The notes under the pieces are model-generated. The model was not told the DNA's origin and ran no database searches. It worked only from the letters and a program-made list of their open reading frames with translations. A stretch of DNA of 64,000 nt from Macrostomum hystrix (taxonomy: Eukaryota; Animalia; Platyhelminthes). Below are positions 22,901-35,884 of the stretch, one piece after another. The DNA is taken from the NCBI GenBank assembly GCA_950097015.1, contig CATNEN010000024.1:4340001-4404000 (forward strand), given 5' to 3'. Both the position numbers and the translations under genes were made by a program. Position 1 is the first letter of the stretch. Each line of letters opens with the position of its first letter.

Positions 22901-25687
22901 GGCGACAGAAATTCCGCGCAGTATTATGTCACAATGTTCGGCTACTTTTTCCTGGCTAGTCCGCTGATATCGATGCTGCCTGGAGCCATTCTGGACCTGC
23001 AGAAACGCTTCATTCCGACTCGTGAGTCGCTCGCCAGCTTGCTCACAGATGTCAGGGCGAGATTATGAGGCATGAGTGACTGTCACCGATGTAGGGACTG
23101 TGACTGTCACCGGTGTAGTGACTGACTGTCACCGATGTAGGGACTGTGACTGTCACCGGTGTAGTGACTGACTGTTGCCGATGTAGTGACTGTGACTGTC
23201 ACCGATGTAGGGACTGTGACTGTCACCGATGTAGAGACTGTGACTGTCACCGGTGTAGTGACTGACTGTCACCGATGTAGGGACTGTGACTGTCACCGAT
23301 GTAGGGACTTTGACTGTCACCGATGTAGGGACCGTGACTGTCGCCGATGTAGTGACCGTGACTGTCACCGGTGTAGTGACTGTGACTGTCACCGGTGTAG
23401 TGACCGTGACTGTCACCGATGTAGTGACCGTGACTGTCACCGGTGTAGTGACTGTGACTGTCACCGGTGTAGTGACCGTGACTGTCACCGATGTAGTGAC
23501 CGTGACTGTCACCGGTGTAGTGACTGTGACTGTCACTGGTGTAGTGACCGTGACTGTCACCGGTGTAGTGACTGTGACTGTCACTGGTGTAGTGACCGTG
23601 ACTGTCACCGGTGTAGTGAGCAAATTAAGGTAGTGTTATAAGGTTTACTGATGAGTACATGCAGATATTATGGGGCATTGCTGACTGCATGCATGCCTCA
23701 CCCTTGACTTTTCAGTGCGCCAGAACACGCATCGGGCCTACAAGCTGAACACGGTCACGACGCTGACTCTGACACCTCTGATTGGAGTGATCAGCTGTCT
23801 CATGATGCTGCCAAACAGCACAGGCATTCTGATCCCAGTGTATGTTGCTATGGCCGTGCACAGGGCTTTCCTGTTTACCACTCTTGGCAACTACTGTATC
23901 TCTGTGTAAGGACTGAGCATACTGTCTTTCATTCGTTGCTTCTTCGTCTTTAGGTTCGATCAGTGCAGATTTTACTGCTCTTGTACTGTTCCCACCCAGA
24001 TTCGAACCGCAGCACTTTGGCATCGTGTACACCAGCATTATCTGCACAGCGGCGCCATTCATGTTCCTGACTGTGCCGCTGACCAACTGGATGGAGGGTT
24101 CAAAAAACCCTGACGCTGTGAGTTTTGCGAACACATTTCCTTGAGTTTTGAGAACACATTTCCTTGAGTTTTGAGAACACATTTCCTTGAGTTTTGAGAA
24201 CACATTTCCTTGAGTTTTGAGAACACATTTCCTTGAGTTTTGAGAACACATTTCCTTGAGTTTTGAGAACACATTTCCATGAGTTTTGAGAACACATTTC
24301 CATGAGTTCTGAGAACACATTTCCTTGAGTTTTGAGAACACATTTCCTTGAGTTTTGAGAACACATTTCCTTGAGTTTTGAGAATACAATTCCATGAGTT
24401 TTGAGAACACATTTCCTTGAGTTTTGAGAATACATTTCCTTGAGTTTTGAGAACACATTTCCTTGAGTTTTGAGAATACATTTCCTTGAGTTTTGAGAAC
24501 ACATTTCCATGAGTTTTGAGAACACATTTCCATGAGTTCTGAGAACACATTTCCTTGAGTTTTGAGAACACATTTCCTTGAGTTTTGAGAACATATTTCC
24601 TTGAGTTTTGAGAACACATTTCCTTGAGTTTTGAGAACACATTTCCTTGAGTTTTGAGAATACATTTCCTTGAGTTTTGAGAACACATTTCCTTGAGTTT
24701 TGAGAATACATTTCCTTGAGTTTTGAGAATACATTTCCTTGAGTTTTGAGAACACATTTCCTTGAGTTTTGAGAATACATTTCCTTGAGTTTTGAGAACA
24801 CATTTCCATGAGTTTTGAGAACACATTTCCTTGAGTTTTGAGAATACATTTCCTTGAGTTTTGAGAACACATTTCCTCGAGTTTTGAGAACACATTTCCT
24901 TGAGTTTTGAGAACACATTTCCTTGAGTTTTGAGAACACATTTCCTTGAGTCTTGAGAACACATTTCCTTGAGTTTTGAGAACATATTTCCTTGAGTTTT
25001 GAGAAAAAATTTCCTTGAGTTTTGAGAACACATTTCCTTGAGTTTTGAGAACATATTTCCTTGAGTTTTGAGAAAAAATTTCCTTGAGTTTTGAGAACAC
25101 ATTTCCTTGAGTTTTGAGAACACATTTCCTTGAGTTTTGAGAACATATTTCCTTGAGTTTTGAGAACACATTTCCTTGAGTTTTGAGAACACATTTCCTT
25201 GAGTTTTGAGAATACATTTCTTTGACTTTTGTAACTTTTTTTCGTGAGTTTTTATAATCTATGAACTGACATGCTGAGTTTTATAATCTATGAACTGACA
25301 TGCTGAGTTTTATAATCTATGAACTGACATGCTGAGTTTTATAATCTATGAACTGACATGCTGAGTTTTATAATCTATGAACTGACATGCTGAGTTTTAT
25401 AATCTATGAACTGACATGCTGAGTTTTATAATCTATGAACTGACATGCTGAGTTTTATAATCTATGAACTGACATGCTGAGTTTTATAATCTATGAACTG
25501 ACATGCTGAGTTTTATAATCTATGAACTGACATGCTGATGAATCCACAGGTCAACTACATCTTGTCAGCGCTGGCCTGCGTGTCCCTGGTTCATCCGCTG
25601 GTGCTGTTGCTGAGGAATCTCCGACGCAGCGCTCGCCAGCAGGTGCAGCCAATTGTTAACGAAGCGGATCTGGACACTCACCTGTGA
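19911..25687 (+). CDS. SLC43A3: SLC43-family (SLC43A3/LAT3-like) MFS transporter (exons 19911-20280, 20832-20998, 21538-21783, 22769-23021, 23716-23905, 24000-24117, 25550-25687)
   Basis: N-terminal LETLLFSGVSYG, GLILDRLGFR, SGLFDA, LRLNYFFGSLN and FEPQHFG motifs, with many hydrophobic helices. Frame-consistent joins; the 21784 donor is GC. Paralogue assignment within SLC43 is less certain than the family call. Confidence 0.82.
20475..20795 (-). mobile_element. SINE family 1, diverged copy in SLC43 intron 1
   Basis: TTGCAGGAGG...CCAGCGAGGAGGCAA...TGTACACTCTCACTGTGCCTT...TGAATGTG match to the family. Confidence 0.75.
21163..21495 (-). mobile_element. SINE family 1 copy in SLC43 intron 2
   Basis: Tail AATAGTAATAATTATTGCAG through head GGAATCGAGCTCAGGGACCTTGGTGCGAG. 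Confidence 0.87.
22425..22727. repeat. 24-bp minisatellite in SLC43 intron 3
   Basis: Unit GGGGGACATTGGTTCTCTTCTGCT. Confidence 0.95.
23075..23618. repeat. 24-bp minisatellite in SLC43 intron 4
   Basis: Unit GTGACTGTCACCG[A/G]TGTAG[T/G]GAC[C/T], with internal hairpin GTGAC-T-GTCAC. Confidence 0.95.
24119..25222. repeat. 23-bp minisatellite in SLC43 intron 6, about 48 units
   Basis: Unit GAGTTTTGAGAACACATTTCCTT, beginning at the splice donor. Confidence 0.97.
25247..25537. repeat. 29-bp minisatellite in SLC43 intron 6, about 10 units
   Basis: Unit GAGTTTTATAATCTATGAACTGACATGCT, ending just before the acceptor. Confidence 0.96.
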
Positions 25688-26084
25688 CCTGCAGGCCAGC
25701 TGTTTGATCAGCTAATAGACACAGCTCATTCTAGGAGACCGCATCCGCATGCAGTACATCAGTCCAGTCATCTTGTTGTTTCAATTTAGGATTAGTTAGA
25801 CATTAGAATTAGTTAGACATCACTTTATTTATTGCAGTCTAACAAGTGTTCTGCAATAAACACCATTCTGCAAACTGGGCGCTATTGTCTGTTTCGCTGC
25901 TTCACAATGGAACTGCTCGTTCAATGCTTTTGCCTTATTCACATTTCTTTCAAATCGACAATTCATAGACAAGCGAGTCGAGTTACTCGGTGCATTCTGC
26001 ATTTGCCTCAGAAGGGTGCTGAAATTGTTACGCTTAGGTATATGACTAATTAACTAGCTAAATACCGCAAGGTAAATAGATAAG

Positions 26085-26220
26085 ATACATAGATACATAG
26101 ATAGATAGATAATTAGATAGATAGATAGGATAGATTAGTAAGAGTTAGTTAGTTAGTTAGTTAGTAAGAGTTAGTTAGTTAGTTAGTAAGAGTTAGTTAG
26201 TTAGTTAGTTAGTTAGTAAG

Positions 26221-26251
<31 letters not shown>

Positions 26252-26265
26252 AAGAGTTAGTTAGT
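26085..26265. repeat. Compound microsatellite (TAGA)n/(AGTT)n
   Basis: Direct inspection. Confidence 0.9.
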
Positions 26266-27099
26266 TTTGTTGTTTATTTGTGTCTATTTATTTTTCTTTG
26301 AATTTCTTCAAAGCAGAACGAGATATATAATATATATATATAGGTTCATGATTACCTTTGCGTAGCTATAATTTAAACAAAACAGACAGAAACACTCCGG
26401 GTTTACGTAGATTTTCTTAACGACATCGACAGTTTCGTTGCGTACGATTTTAAATTAAAAGGTAATTTCGCTCTTTGCATCGGCTCTTAAGTTGGCAAGT
26501 TATAGTTCAAAATACATAGTGTTTGAAATTCTATAAATAAATTTGACTAACCCTCTGGTTGAATCACTACACCTTTCTGCATAGGAATGCCAATAAGCCA
26601 TACCAGTCACTTCCATAGCCTGCTTTTTATCACATTCATCGCTAAATGTACCATTCTGCTGTGTTTCAACTGCGCCATCGGTATGTAATCACAATCATTT
26701 AAACTATTTTGAATGCGCTCAGTTTAAATTTTATTATTTTAAACGAAAACACAATTCAAAAGTAATTAGCAGTTTTTTAACAAATACAAGCTGCAAAGCT
26801 ACAAAAGCAATAATTGCCTCATAACTTCTAACTTTCTAAACTGCTATTTTAGCGGACTCAACCAGGCCATTAACCTTGCTGGCCAAGGTGAGAACATTTC
26901 AGGCCAACGATGGTCTTGAAGTTCAGCCTAGCCGGGTAAGAAAAGTCTAATTCTAATTCAACAAAATGTTACATCAATGACATTACTGTTTCTTCTTCTG
27001 TACGTGAGCTACGAGCTACAGGGGGTTGGCTTGGTGCAAATGTTTTCCATTTCCCGGAAATCATCCAAGACACATTTAGGAGTCAACAGCAGTAGCTAG

Positions 27100-30000
27100 A
27101 TGGGCCTCTGTGTGCTGCTGCTGCTGCTGCTGCTAAAACTGCACGCAGTCGAACGCCCAGTCTGTCGGATGAATCATCAGATGCTAAGTAAAACATGCAG
27201 TTCAATTTGTATCTACGCTCGCAGTTTCCGTTGCTATAGCTATACGGAACACTTGTTTACACAGTATACATGCTGTGTGCTGCACTCGGCAGGCTATTTT
27301 TAATGCACCATTTTTTCCATTCCAAACAGATTACTTGCTCGTACGAGTATATACTATCAGTTGTTTAGCTTCAGTTGCCTTTTAGTCAGAGATTCCAATT
27401 TAAGCGAGTGAGCACAGTGGCTAAAACGATGAGCAAATTGGAACAGTTGTATATGTTCTGTGTCATTAAACGCCATCACTCGCACTGTTACCAACCTCAT
27501 TGCGTTGAAATCTTGCGCCAACAAAGAGGCTAGAAGGTCATGCCTACAGGCCTACATATGAATCTTTGTTGAGTTGATTGGTTGAGCCTAATTGGAAGGT
27601 TGCCCTATGAGTGGAAGGTTGTCCTGTCTGAGTAAGGTTGTCTTGTCAGAGTAAGGTTGCCCTGTCAGGGGAAGGTTGCCTTGACAATGGAAGGTTAAAG
27701 GTTGAAGGTTGTCGGTGAATCTATCTATCGGAAGAAAGTTGCCCTGTCAGTGGAAGGTTGCCCTGTCAGTGGAAGGTTGCCCTGTCAGTGGAAGGTTGCC
27801 CTGTCAGTGGAAGGTTGCCCTGTCGTTGTTAAGTTTCCATGTCGTTGGAAGGTTGCCCTGTCGGTGAATGGTGCCCCTATCGGCAGAAATTTGACCCTGT
27901 CGGCAGAAGGCTGTGCCAGCTGGTACACACCGATGGTTGGAAATTGTATCAATCAGTTCGAAATTTGTGAACTCAATTTCACCGCTTCAGAAAATCGGCA
28001 GAAATTTGGTCCTAGAGATTGTTGCTATGCCATCGCTGCGCCGGTTTTCATTCTACTTAGCAGTGAGAAGGTAAGCACCAATGCACTTTTATAATGTTTA
28101 ATAATACTCTAACATTGCTGCAAGCTTTTTGTTAAATCCCTTTCCAGACCTGAAGAGTTCCCAGTTCGAATCATGGGGAGTCGATCCCGGGCCAGCAAAT
28201 CGCGCCATCGCTCCCAGTGTCACTACTCAGTGTGGCCGATTGAGTCTGGGACAGCCCAGTTGGGCAATGAGACTCAGCCAGGCCTCGTGTCCCTCTGCTC
28301 TGACCTGCTGCGGTGAGAACAGACACCCCAGAACAGAGATATCAGAACAGACACCCCAGAACAGAGATATCAGAACAGACACCCCAGAACAGAGATATCA
28401 GAACAGACACCCCAGAACAGAGATATCAGAACAGACACCCCAGAACAGAGATATCAGAACAGACACCCCAGAACAGAGATATCCGAACAGACACCCCAGA
28501 ACAGTGATATCAGAACAGACACCCCAGAACAGACACCCCAGAAGACATCCCAGAACAGACATCCCAGAACAGACACCCCAGAACAGACACCCCAGAAGAC
28601 ATCCCAGAACAGACATCCCAGAACAGACACCCCAGATCAGACACCCCAGAGCAGACACCCCAGAACAGAGATATCAGAACAGACACCCCAGAACAGAGAT
28701 ATCAGAACAGACACCCCAGAACAGAGATATCAGAACAGACACCCCAGAACAGAGATATCAGAACAGACACCCCAGAACAGACACCCCAGAAGACATCCCA
28801 GAACAGACATCCCAGAACAGACACCCCAGAACAGACACCCCAGAAGACATCCCAGAACAGACATCCCAGAACAGACACCCCAGATCAGACACCCCAGAGC
28901 AGACACCCCAGAACAGACACCCCAGATCAGACACCCCAGATCAGACACCCCAGATCAGACACCCCAGATCAGACACCCAGATCAGACACCCCAGATCAGA
29001 CACCCCAGATCAGACATCCCAGAACAGACATCCCAGAACAGACACCCCAGAACAGACACCCCAGATCAGACACCCAGATCAGACACCCCAGATCAGACAC
29101 CCCAGATCAGACACCCCAGAGCAGACACCCCAGATCAGACACCCCAGATCAGACAAGATACCCCAGAACAGACAGTCCTGCAGACAAGACACCCCAGAAC
29201 AGACACCCCAGATCAGACAGACACCCCAGATCAGACACCCTGACAGCCGAATCCAACCCTTACAGTGGCACGCTGCCAGTCAACCTGACTCACCTGGGTC
29301 ACATTCAAGCCACCGGGCATCGCATTCGGGTGGGTGACTCAAGCTGGCAGGTGTACCAGCTCAACTTGTATCCTTCAAGTGTCAGCTGGAAGCAGCGTCA
29401 AGCATTGGAATCGGCCTATGGCGTGCTGAACAAGTGGATTGCTGCAGGTCAGTATGATTTTTGTTTTAATTGACATCATTTTAAAAATAGATTGACATGC
29501 TCCGTGAATAAGTAGTTGGGTTTTGCAAAACTTTCAGTAAGTCCACAGCAACTGACAGAAATGCTTGGTGGCGGCGTTTTATTGCAGGTAAGCCATTATT
29601 TGGATCAATAAAGTTTAAGTGAGTGTTTGAATGTGTCAAGTTATTCTATAATTATATCCTAAAGACTACGGGTAATATCAGATGGATGGCTGTTCTGATT
29701 GTTGATAAAGCGGACCAGTAGATAGGGGTAGATTTATACGAGGGGTATAGTGGAGGCTTAGCTTTGCAAATTGTATGCTTCGTGGCAAGACAGTCAATTT
29801 CGTGTTGCTTCAGCTTAAACAGCAGTAAAATTCTGTAGCAGCATTAGCTCGGGTAGAAATTTGGGCTAGTGCGGCGGTCCATGGACTGAACAGCTTACAC
29901 AGACTGACTGACTGAATACTCGCCATTTGCTCATTAAATACTCAAATACAGAGGCACCGGCGCTCCGCAAGCAAGATTCGGTCCATTAAGCTGGACCTGA

Positions 30001-33000
30001 GCAGGCCGGTGCTCAGTCGTTACGGCCCATTCATTCTGCAGCTCTACCTCATCGCTGACAATGGGTTTGTGAGTATAACATCTAGAATGTTTTATGTTAT
30101 TATAACATATAACATACATTATAACATAACCTGACACTCAAGGTCTTGAGGGAGAACCATAGACATTACTCAAGGTCTTGAGGGAGAACCATAGACATTA
30201 CTCAAGGTCTTGAGGGAGAACCATAGACATTACTCAAGGTCTTGAGGGAGAACCATCGACTTTAGGCCATGTCATGAGATGTTTCCATAGACATTACTCA
30301 AGGTCATTGGGGTGTACGATAGACATTAGGCCACGTCATGAGGGTGTACCAAAAACATTAGTCAAGATCATGGAGGTGTACCATAGGCATTAGGCGAGGC
30401 AATCGAATAGAGTAAAATGGACAAGATGGTTGTTAAGATTGCAAACAGTTCTGCTTAGTTACAGCTCGACATTCTAATGTTGTGCCAGATGTAATGTAAA
30501 TTAAGCTCAACGTTGACTCGTTTGACCCACCCTGGCTCCTTTTTTGTCCGCGTAAGGTTTTGTAATGTGATGAATAATTCATTACAGGCTCATTCGAATT
30601 CACTCGTACATTTTTTCTCAATGCGTAAAGTTTAGGGTTATCTTGCATGCCATCGGGGTAACCATGGCAACTAGCGGGCCTTAGCAACGATTAGCATTTC
30701 CGATGTGAAAAAACTTCACTCAATTAAGGTCCAAAGAATAACTTAATTAGAGTAATAGGCCAGCTGCTCACTTCTCATTGCAGTACAAAATTCACTCCTC
30801 GAGCTCATCGGCTGTGATTGACGCCGCACAGAGCATTATTGGCATCGTCAACAATGTGAGTATTGCGTCTAACAGGTGACACCCATGTCTAACAGGTTGA
30901 CACCCATGTCTAACAGGTTGACACCCATGTCTAACAGGTTGACACCCATGTCTAACAGGTTGACACCCATGTCTAACAGGTTGACACCCATGTCTAACAG
31001 GTTGACACCCATGTCTAACAGGTTGACAACTATATCTAATAGGGTGACACCAATGTGCAACAGGTGACACCCATAACTAACAGGTGATACAAATGTCCTA
31101 CAGGTTGACACGGGGGTGGGTGGCAGAGCGGTTAACGCGTTTGCCTCTCGCACCAAGGTCCCTGAGCTCGATTCCGCGGCGAGGCCACATTTATTTGGGG
31201 CGCAGCCGCGGAGTGAAGGCTTGGGGGCGGGCTTGCAATTTACGCCCTTGAGGGTCAACCTCCAAGGCACAGTGAGAGTGTACACTGCCTGACGATGAGA
31301 AAGTCAGGGCACATGTACACACCTGTGTTGCCTCCTTGCTGGCTGCGAGTCTAGTGTCACTAAATTATGTGCCATTGCACGCAGCCCACCTGCAATTATT
31401 TATTTTATTGTCACGCTGTAAAAAATTCCACATAAAAGATTCTGAATATATAAAACTGCACTTTGTTTTTCGCACTCTACTGAAAGCAGTATAAGAGGCA
31501 TCTGTTCGCAATTTCTGCAGATGTTTCGCCGCTTCGACGTTCATATAGTAGTCAGCGCGCTGGAAATTCACACCAGAACAATTTCTGGCTTCGATTTCGC
31601 AAATCGGACCAATCAGAATCCGTCCTTCACGCTGGACTTGGTGAAGAATTATTCGGAGAGGATTAGAAATGAAGTGGAGTACGACTGTGTGCACCTGCTT
31701 AAGTGAGCTGAGTTGGGTAGCCCTGAGTGTTCACTGTCTATTTGCAGGACTACTGCCGATAGCACATTGTCTTCTACAAAAGAGTCCTATCTACCAGACT
31801 CTCTTATCCAAATTACTCCTTCAACCAGACTCTCTTATCGGCAATGCCTTAAAAACCTACCAGACTCTTTGTCTCGAGTAGAATCTCATCTACTAGACAC
31901 TTCTGTCGTGTATAAAATTACAAGCCAAAACCTTTTATCAACTTAAACTTCAGTGGCAGAGAATACTACGGCACCACAAGTGGCCTTGCCTCTGTGAAAT
32001 CCATGTGCGTCAGGAAAGAGTGCGCTGGCCTCAGCGTTGTAAGTAACTAACCAATTGGCTTCAAACTGAAGACACTAGTCCCAATTTTGGCATGAATGGG
32101 GAGACCAAACCCGGTCTTTCAATTCCTCTCTAGATTCCCCAGTCTCCCTATTTTTGATCCCCAGTGTCCCTAACCTCGGTTCCCCAGCCTCCCTAATCTC
32201 GGTTCCCCAGCCTCCCTAATCTCGGTTCCCCAGCCTCCCTAATCTCGGTTCCCCAGCCTCCCTAATCTCGGTTCCCCAGCCTCCCTAATCTCGGTTCCCC
32301 AGCCTCTCTAATCTCGGTTCCCCAGCTTCCCTAATCTCGATTCCCCAGCCTCCCTAATCTCGGTTCCCCAGCCTCCCTAATCTCGGTTCCCCAGCCTCCC
32401 TAATCTCGGTTCCCCAGCCTCCCTAATCTCGGTTCCCCAGCCTCCCTAATCTCGGTTCCCCAGCCTCCCTAATCTCGGTTCCCCAGCCTCCCTAATCTCG
32501 GTTCCCCAGCCTCCCTAATCTCGGTTCCCCAGCCTCCCTAATATCGGTTCCCCAGCCTCCCTAATCTCGGTTCCCCAGCCTCCCTAATCTCGGTTCCCCA
32601 GCCTCCCTAATATCGGTTCCCCAGCCTCCCTAATCTCGGTTCCCCAGTCTCCCTAATCCCTTGCAACTCGAATATCGCCGACTGCCCTCCACAGTCTCGC
32701 CAGTCCAGCGGCATATTCGCCACCACCGGCCTGGTGATGGCGCACGAGCTGGCCCACAACCTGGGCGTCGATCACGACGACGCATACCAAGGCCGGGCCT
32801 GCGACTGCCCCTCCTCAGCCTGCGTGATGAGCCCCAACGCGCGGCCTGTCAGCGACTGGCGCAACATCAGCTGGACGGCCTGCTCAGCCGACGCCCTGCT
32901 GAACTTCCTGGATTCCGGCTTCCGTCACTGCCTGCTGATGCCGCGACCGGAGGCCGACAATTGGGGCGAGCTTCTCCTGCCAGTAGCCGGGGTTTGGGCA

Positions 33001-35884
33001 GCAGCTGTCTGCGGCAACGGCCTGCTGGAATCCGGCGAGGACTGCGACTGCGGTGGCGAGGCGGGTTGTCGTGGCGGCGTTGGGGATGCGTAGGTCTGGG
33101 AACTCAATCAGCTGGGATTTGGCTGCTTGAATCTGACCGATATTGGGATTTTTTACTTTTTACCTTGTGCTGTACAATTCAGGTTACAATTCTTCTCACT
33201 TATATTTTTATGTAAAATCTATAGGGGTGTGAGTGGCAGGAGGCCACATTCGTTTGGGGCGCAGCCGCGGGGAGAAGGCTTGGGGGCTTGTCGTGCAATT
33301 TATGCCTCTGAGGGCCAACCTCAAAGGCACAGTGAGAGTGTACACAGGGCAGATGTACACACCTGTGAGAGTGTATGCCTGCATACAGTATCAGTGTGCG
33401 TGTGTGCTCAGGAAGAATTGCCTCCTCGCTGGCAGGTCTAGTGCCACCAAATGATGTGCCATTGCCCGCAGCCTTCCTGGGGTTATAAATACGTACTATG
33501 CTTTACTAATTCTTCCTACGAGCTACTAGCGAATTTTAGGAAATTTTTCTCCGTCTGAGTAGGTCGGGAGTTCGAATCACAGCCCAGAAGAAAAAAATCA
33601 ATTCAATTCCCTGATTGTGTAATTTCAGCCACCAGTAGAATGGCTAGCAGAATCAGCTGGGAGGGGCAGCACCCCAGTCCATGGACTGAACTGTGCCAAG
33701 TGGATTTCGGTGCAATATTGATTCTTTTTTCTACAACTCTTTTTTATATATTTAATCTAACAAGATCCAATGTCTCGAGCGTTGTGTCAGAGGTAACAAA
33801 CAAGTCGTTAGTTATCAGCTCACCGATTGTTTCACAGGGGCAACGCCTGCTGCAACGCCACCTCCTGCCAGCTGGCTGAATCCGCTGCCTGCGCTGCTGG
33901 GCGCTGCTGCGACCTGACGGTCTGTCAGCCGCGCCCGGTAGGCACCGTCTGTCGCGCCGCCAAAGGACAATGCGACCTGCCGGAATTCTGCGACGGTGTT
34001 CAGCCATCCTGCCCGGCCGATGTCGCTGCCAGAGACGGGACACCGTGCGGCAGCAACTTCTGCGCCAACGGTCTGTGCGGCTCCGCCCTTGCTCAGTGTC
34101 ACTTACTCTGGGGACCGACGGCACAGGATGCCGTGAGTCTGAGGAATTCCATCATTCTCGGAAGCTCTATTTTAAACTACTAAAGCTTGCGTTTACTTTG
34201 ATTGAATTGCTTCTTTTCCTACCGGTCGATATCACTGCCTTTTAAGTCCGCTTTCTAGCCCACCTCCCTATTTTTATTGCTTTTTCCTCCTAAGCGATTC
34301 TGATTGGTTGTCTAGTTCAACATTTAGTTACTCATCCACTTCACTACCGCTTGCAGAGATCCTGGTGCCCGTTAATTAACCTGAATTCCGATTGTGAAAA
34401 GTTAGAGTGCGCCAACATGCGAGACAATCACCCCATCGGCGCCTTTTGCTCATCGGTGACAACGTCCAGCAATTCGGCCTGCAAAGTTGTCGGCTGCAAC
34501 TACAGTCCGGCGGTGCGCGGACCCGATCTAGTGCCAGACGGTGCGCGTTGCGGAAACGGTAACGGCGAGCAAATGTGCCTAGCTGGAGCTTGCAAATCCG
34601 CCTCGGAGATTCGTGCCCGAACAGCTGTGGCTGACGGTATCACCTGCCAAAACGGCGGAATCGTGAACTCGCGCGGCCACTGCCACTGTCCGGCAGGATT
34701 CGCCCCGCCCGACTGCCAGTTCGCTGGTAACGGTGGCAGCATCGACAGCGGTCCGGCCGGATCGCTAAGTGGCGGCCTGAGCCCTGGCGGAGTTGCCGCC
34801 GCCGTCATGGTAAGCCTGGTCTGCTTGGCAGCCGCCGCAATCACCGTCTACTTGGCTGTCCGGGGCGGCGGTGGCGGAGGTGCCAGCAAGTGCTGCTTCC
34901 AGCAGATGCCGCCGCTGATGTCAAGACTGGCGCATCTGCTCAGCGGTCAACGTCGTCAACGCCGGTCAACGTTGGAGACAGTGAAAGTAGCGAGAACTCC
35001 GCCAAAGTTTGTCAGCGCTGGTGTTCGTCCACTGATCAGCGGCCCGCTGGAACTTGAAGCACGGTGAGGCCTTTTGCTACCTGGGATTATCCGCTGTGGC
35101 AGGGTATGAGAGAGTGGTGAAGCTATTTTCTTGAGAACTATAAGCATTTTACTCTTAATTACGAAGAAACATGGTATTTTAGCGCCATACTCGTAGCGAT
35201 TAATAATTTTCTCCTCCACGTACCAGAGTCTCTGGCGCCCAATCGCCGACGCCCGTACCTTCAACACCCAGGACGCTTATGCCAACGACGACTGCGACAT
35301 CGAACCAGCTACTGACCCCGATGTCACAGCCGGGTCATGCGTCGAAACTTGCAAATTCACCGAAACCGGCACCTGTACCAAAACCGGCACCTGTACCAAA
35401 ACCGGCACCTGTACCAAAACCGGCACCTGTACCAAAACCGGCACCTGTGCCAAAACCGGCACCTGTACCAAAACCTGCACCTGTACCAAAACCGGCACCT
35501 GTACCAAAACCGGCACCTGTACCGAAACATTCAACTGCACCGAAACCTGCCAAGATAGACCAAGATAAACATGCACCTGTACCAAAACCGGCACCTGTAT
35601 TGAAACCTGCACCTGTACCAAAACCTAATTTTGTACCGAAACCTGCACCTGTTTCGAAACCGAAGCCGAAGACGACACATAAAACACCGACATCGGTGCC
35701 AACGCAGAAGCCAGTAACGAAGTCGAAGGTACCGCACGTCAGTGACCCATCTGCCACCGGCAGCCAACCAATCTCTGTGCTCGCCTTGGTGCAACAGTAT
35801 AGTAGCAGCGGTGCTGGGGCTGCGGGCACTTCGCGTTCGGCTGTACCAATCATTGGGGCTAAGCCTCTGGTTACGAAGAAATAG
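27100..35884 (+). CDS. ADAM disintegrin and metalloproteinase (13 modelled exons: 27100-27187, 28016-28070, 28148-28312, 29266-29447, 29559-29587, 29952-30068, 30784-30855, 31521-31702, 31954-32038, 32695-33089, 33838-34132, 34357-35063, 35227-35884)
   Basis: Signal peptide MGLCVLLLLLLL; pro-domain CHY...VSLCS; furin site RHRR; ILQLYLIADN; zinc motif HELAHNLGVDHD; Met-turn CVMSP; disintegrin CGNGLLESGEDCDCG...CRAAKGQCDLPEFC; Cys-rich and EGF (CHCPAGFAPPDC) domains; TM helix; Pro-rich tail. N-terminal small exons are less certain than the core. Confidence 0.9.
27590..27910. repeat. Degenerate 19-bp minisatellite in ADAM intron 1
   Basis: Unit GGAAGGTTGCCCTGTCAGT. Confidence 0.85.
28317..29240. 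repeat. 14/28-bp higher-order minisatellite in ADAM intron 3
   Basis: Subunits CAGACACCCCAGAA, CAGAGATATCAGAA and CAGACACCCCAGAT. Confidence 0.95.
30135..30400. repeat. 32-bp short tandem array in an ADAM intron
   Basis: Unit ACTCAAGGTCTTGAGGGAGAACCATAGACATT with hairpin CTCAAG-GT-CTTGAG; 3 good units plus degenerate ones. Confidence 0.85.
30866..31110. repeat. 21-bp minisatellite in an ADAM intron
   Basis: Unit TCTAACAGGTTGACACCCATG. Confidence 0.93.
31112..31408 (+). mobile_element. SINE family 1 copy in an ADAM intron
   Basis: GGGGTGGGTGGCAGAGCGGTTAACGCG...GAGCTCGATTCC...TGCAATTATTATT. Confidence 0.87.
32165..32660. repeat. 23-bp minisatellite in an ADAM intron, about 21 units
   Basis: Unit CTCGGTTCCCCAGCCTCCCTAAT. 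Confidence 0.96.
33224..33479 (+). mobile_element. SINE family 1 copy lacking most of the tRNA head
   Basis: GTGAGTGGCAG joined directly to GAGGCCACATT; the rest of the body matches the family. Confidence 0.8.
33550..33712 (+). mobile_element. SINE family 2, degenerate copy
   Basis: GGTCGGGAGTTCGAATC B box and CCCCAGTCCATGGACTGAAC. Confidence 0.55.
35360..35660 (+). repeat. 18-bp coding repeat encoding (PKPAPV)n in the ADAM cytoplasmic tail
   Basis: CCAAAACCGGCACCTGTA x9 in tandem (35360-35521) plus about 4 variant units, in frame with exon 35227-35884. Confidence 0.9.

Noticed and set aside
23712-25217. Long repetitive ORFs (501, 377 and 364 aa on minus; also 45929-47371, 46240-47166, 28129-29337, 6428-6958, 23153-23641, 22304-22817, 44115-44534)
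   Set aside because: They arise from stop-free minisatellite units, are open in several frames or on both strands, and lie in introns or intergenic DNA.
31748-31946. Possible extra ADAM exon after TTTGCAG at 31747
   Set aside because: The sequence is a degenerate CTACCAGACTCTCTT repeat with no reprolysin similarity. Joining 31702 to 31954 gives the expected domain sequence.
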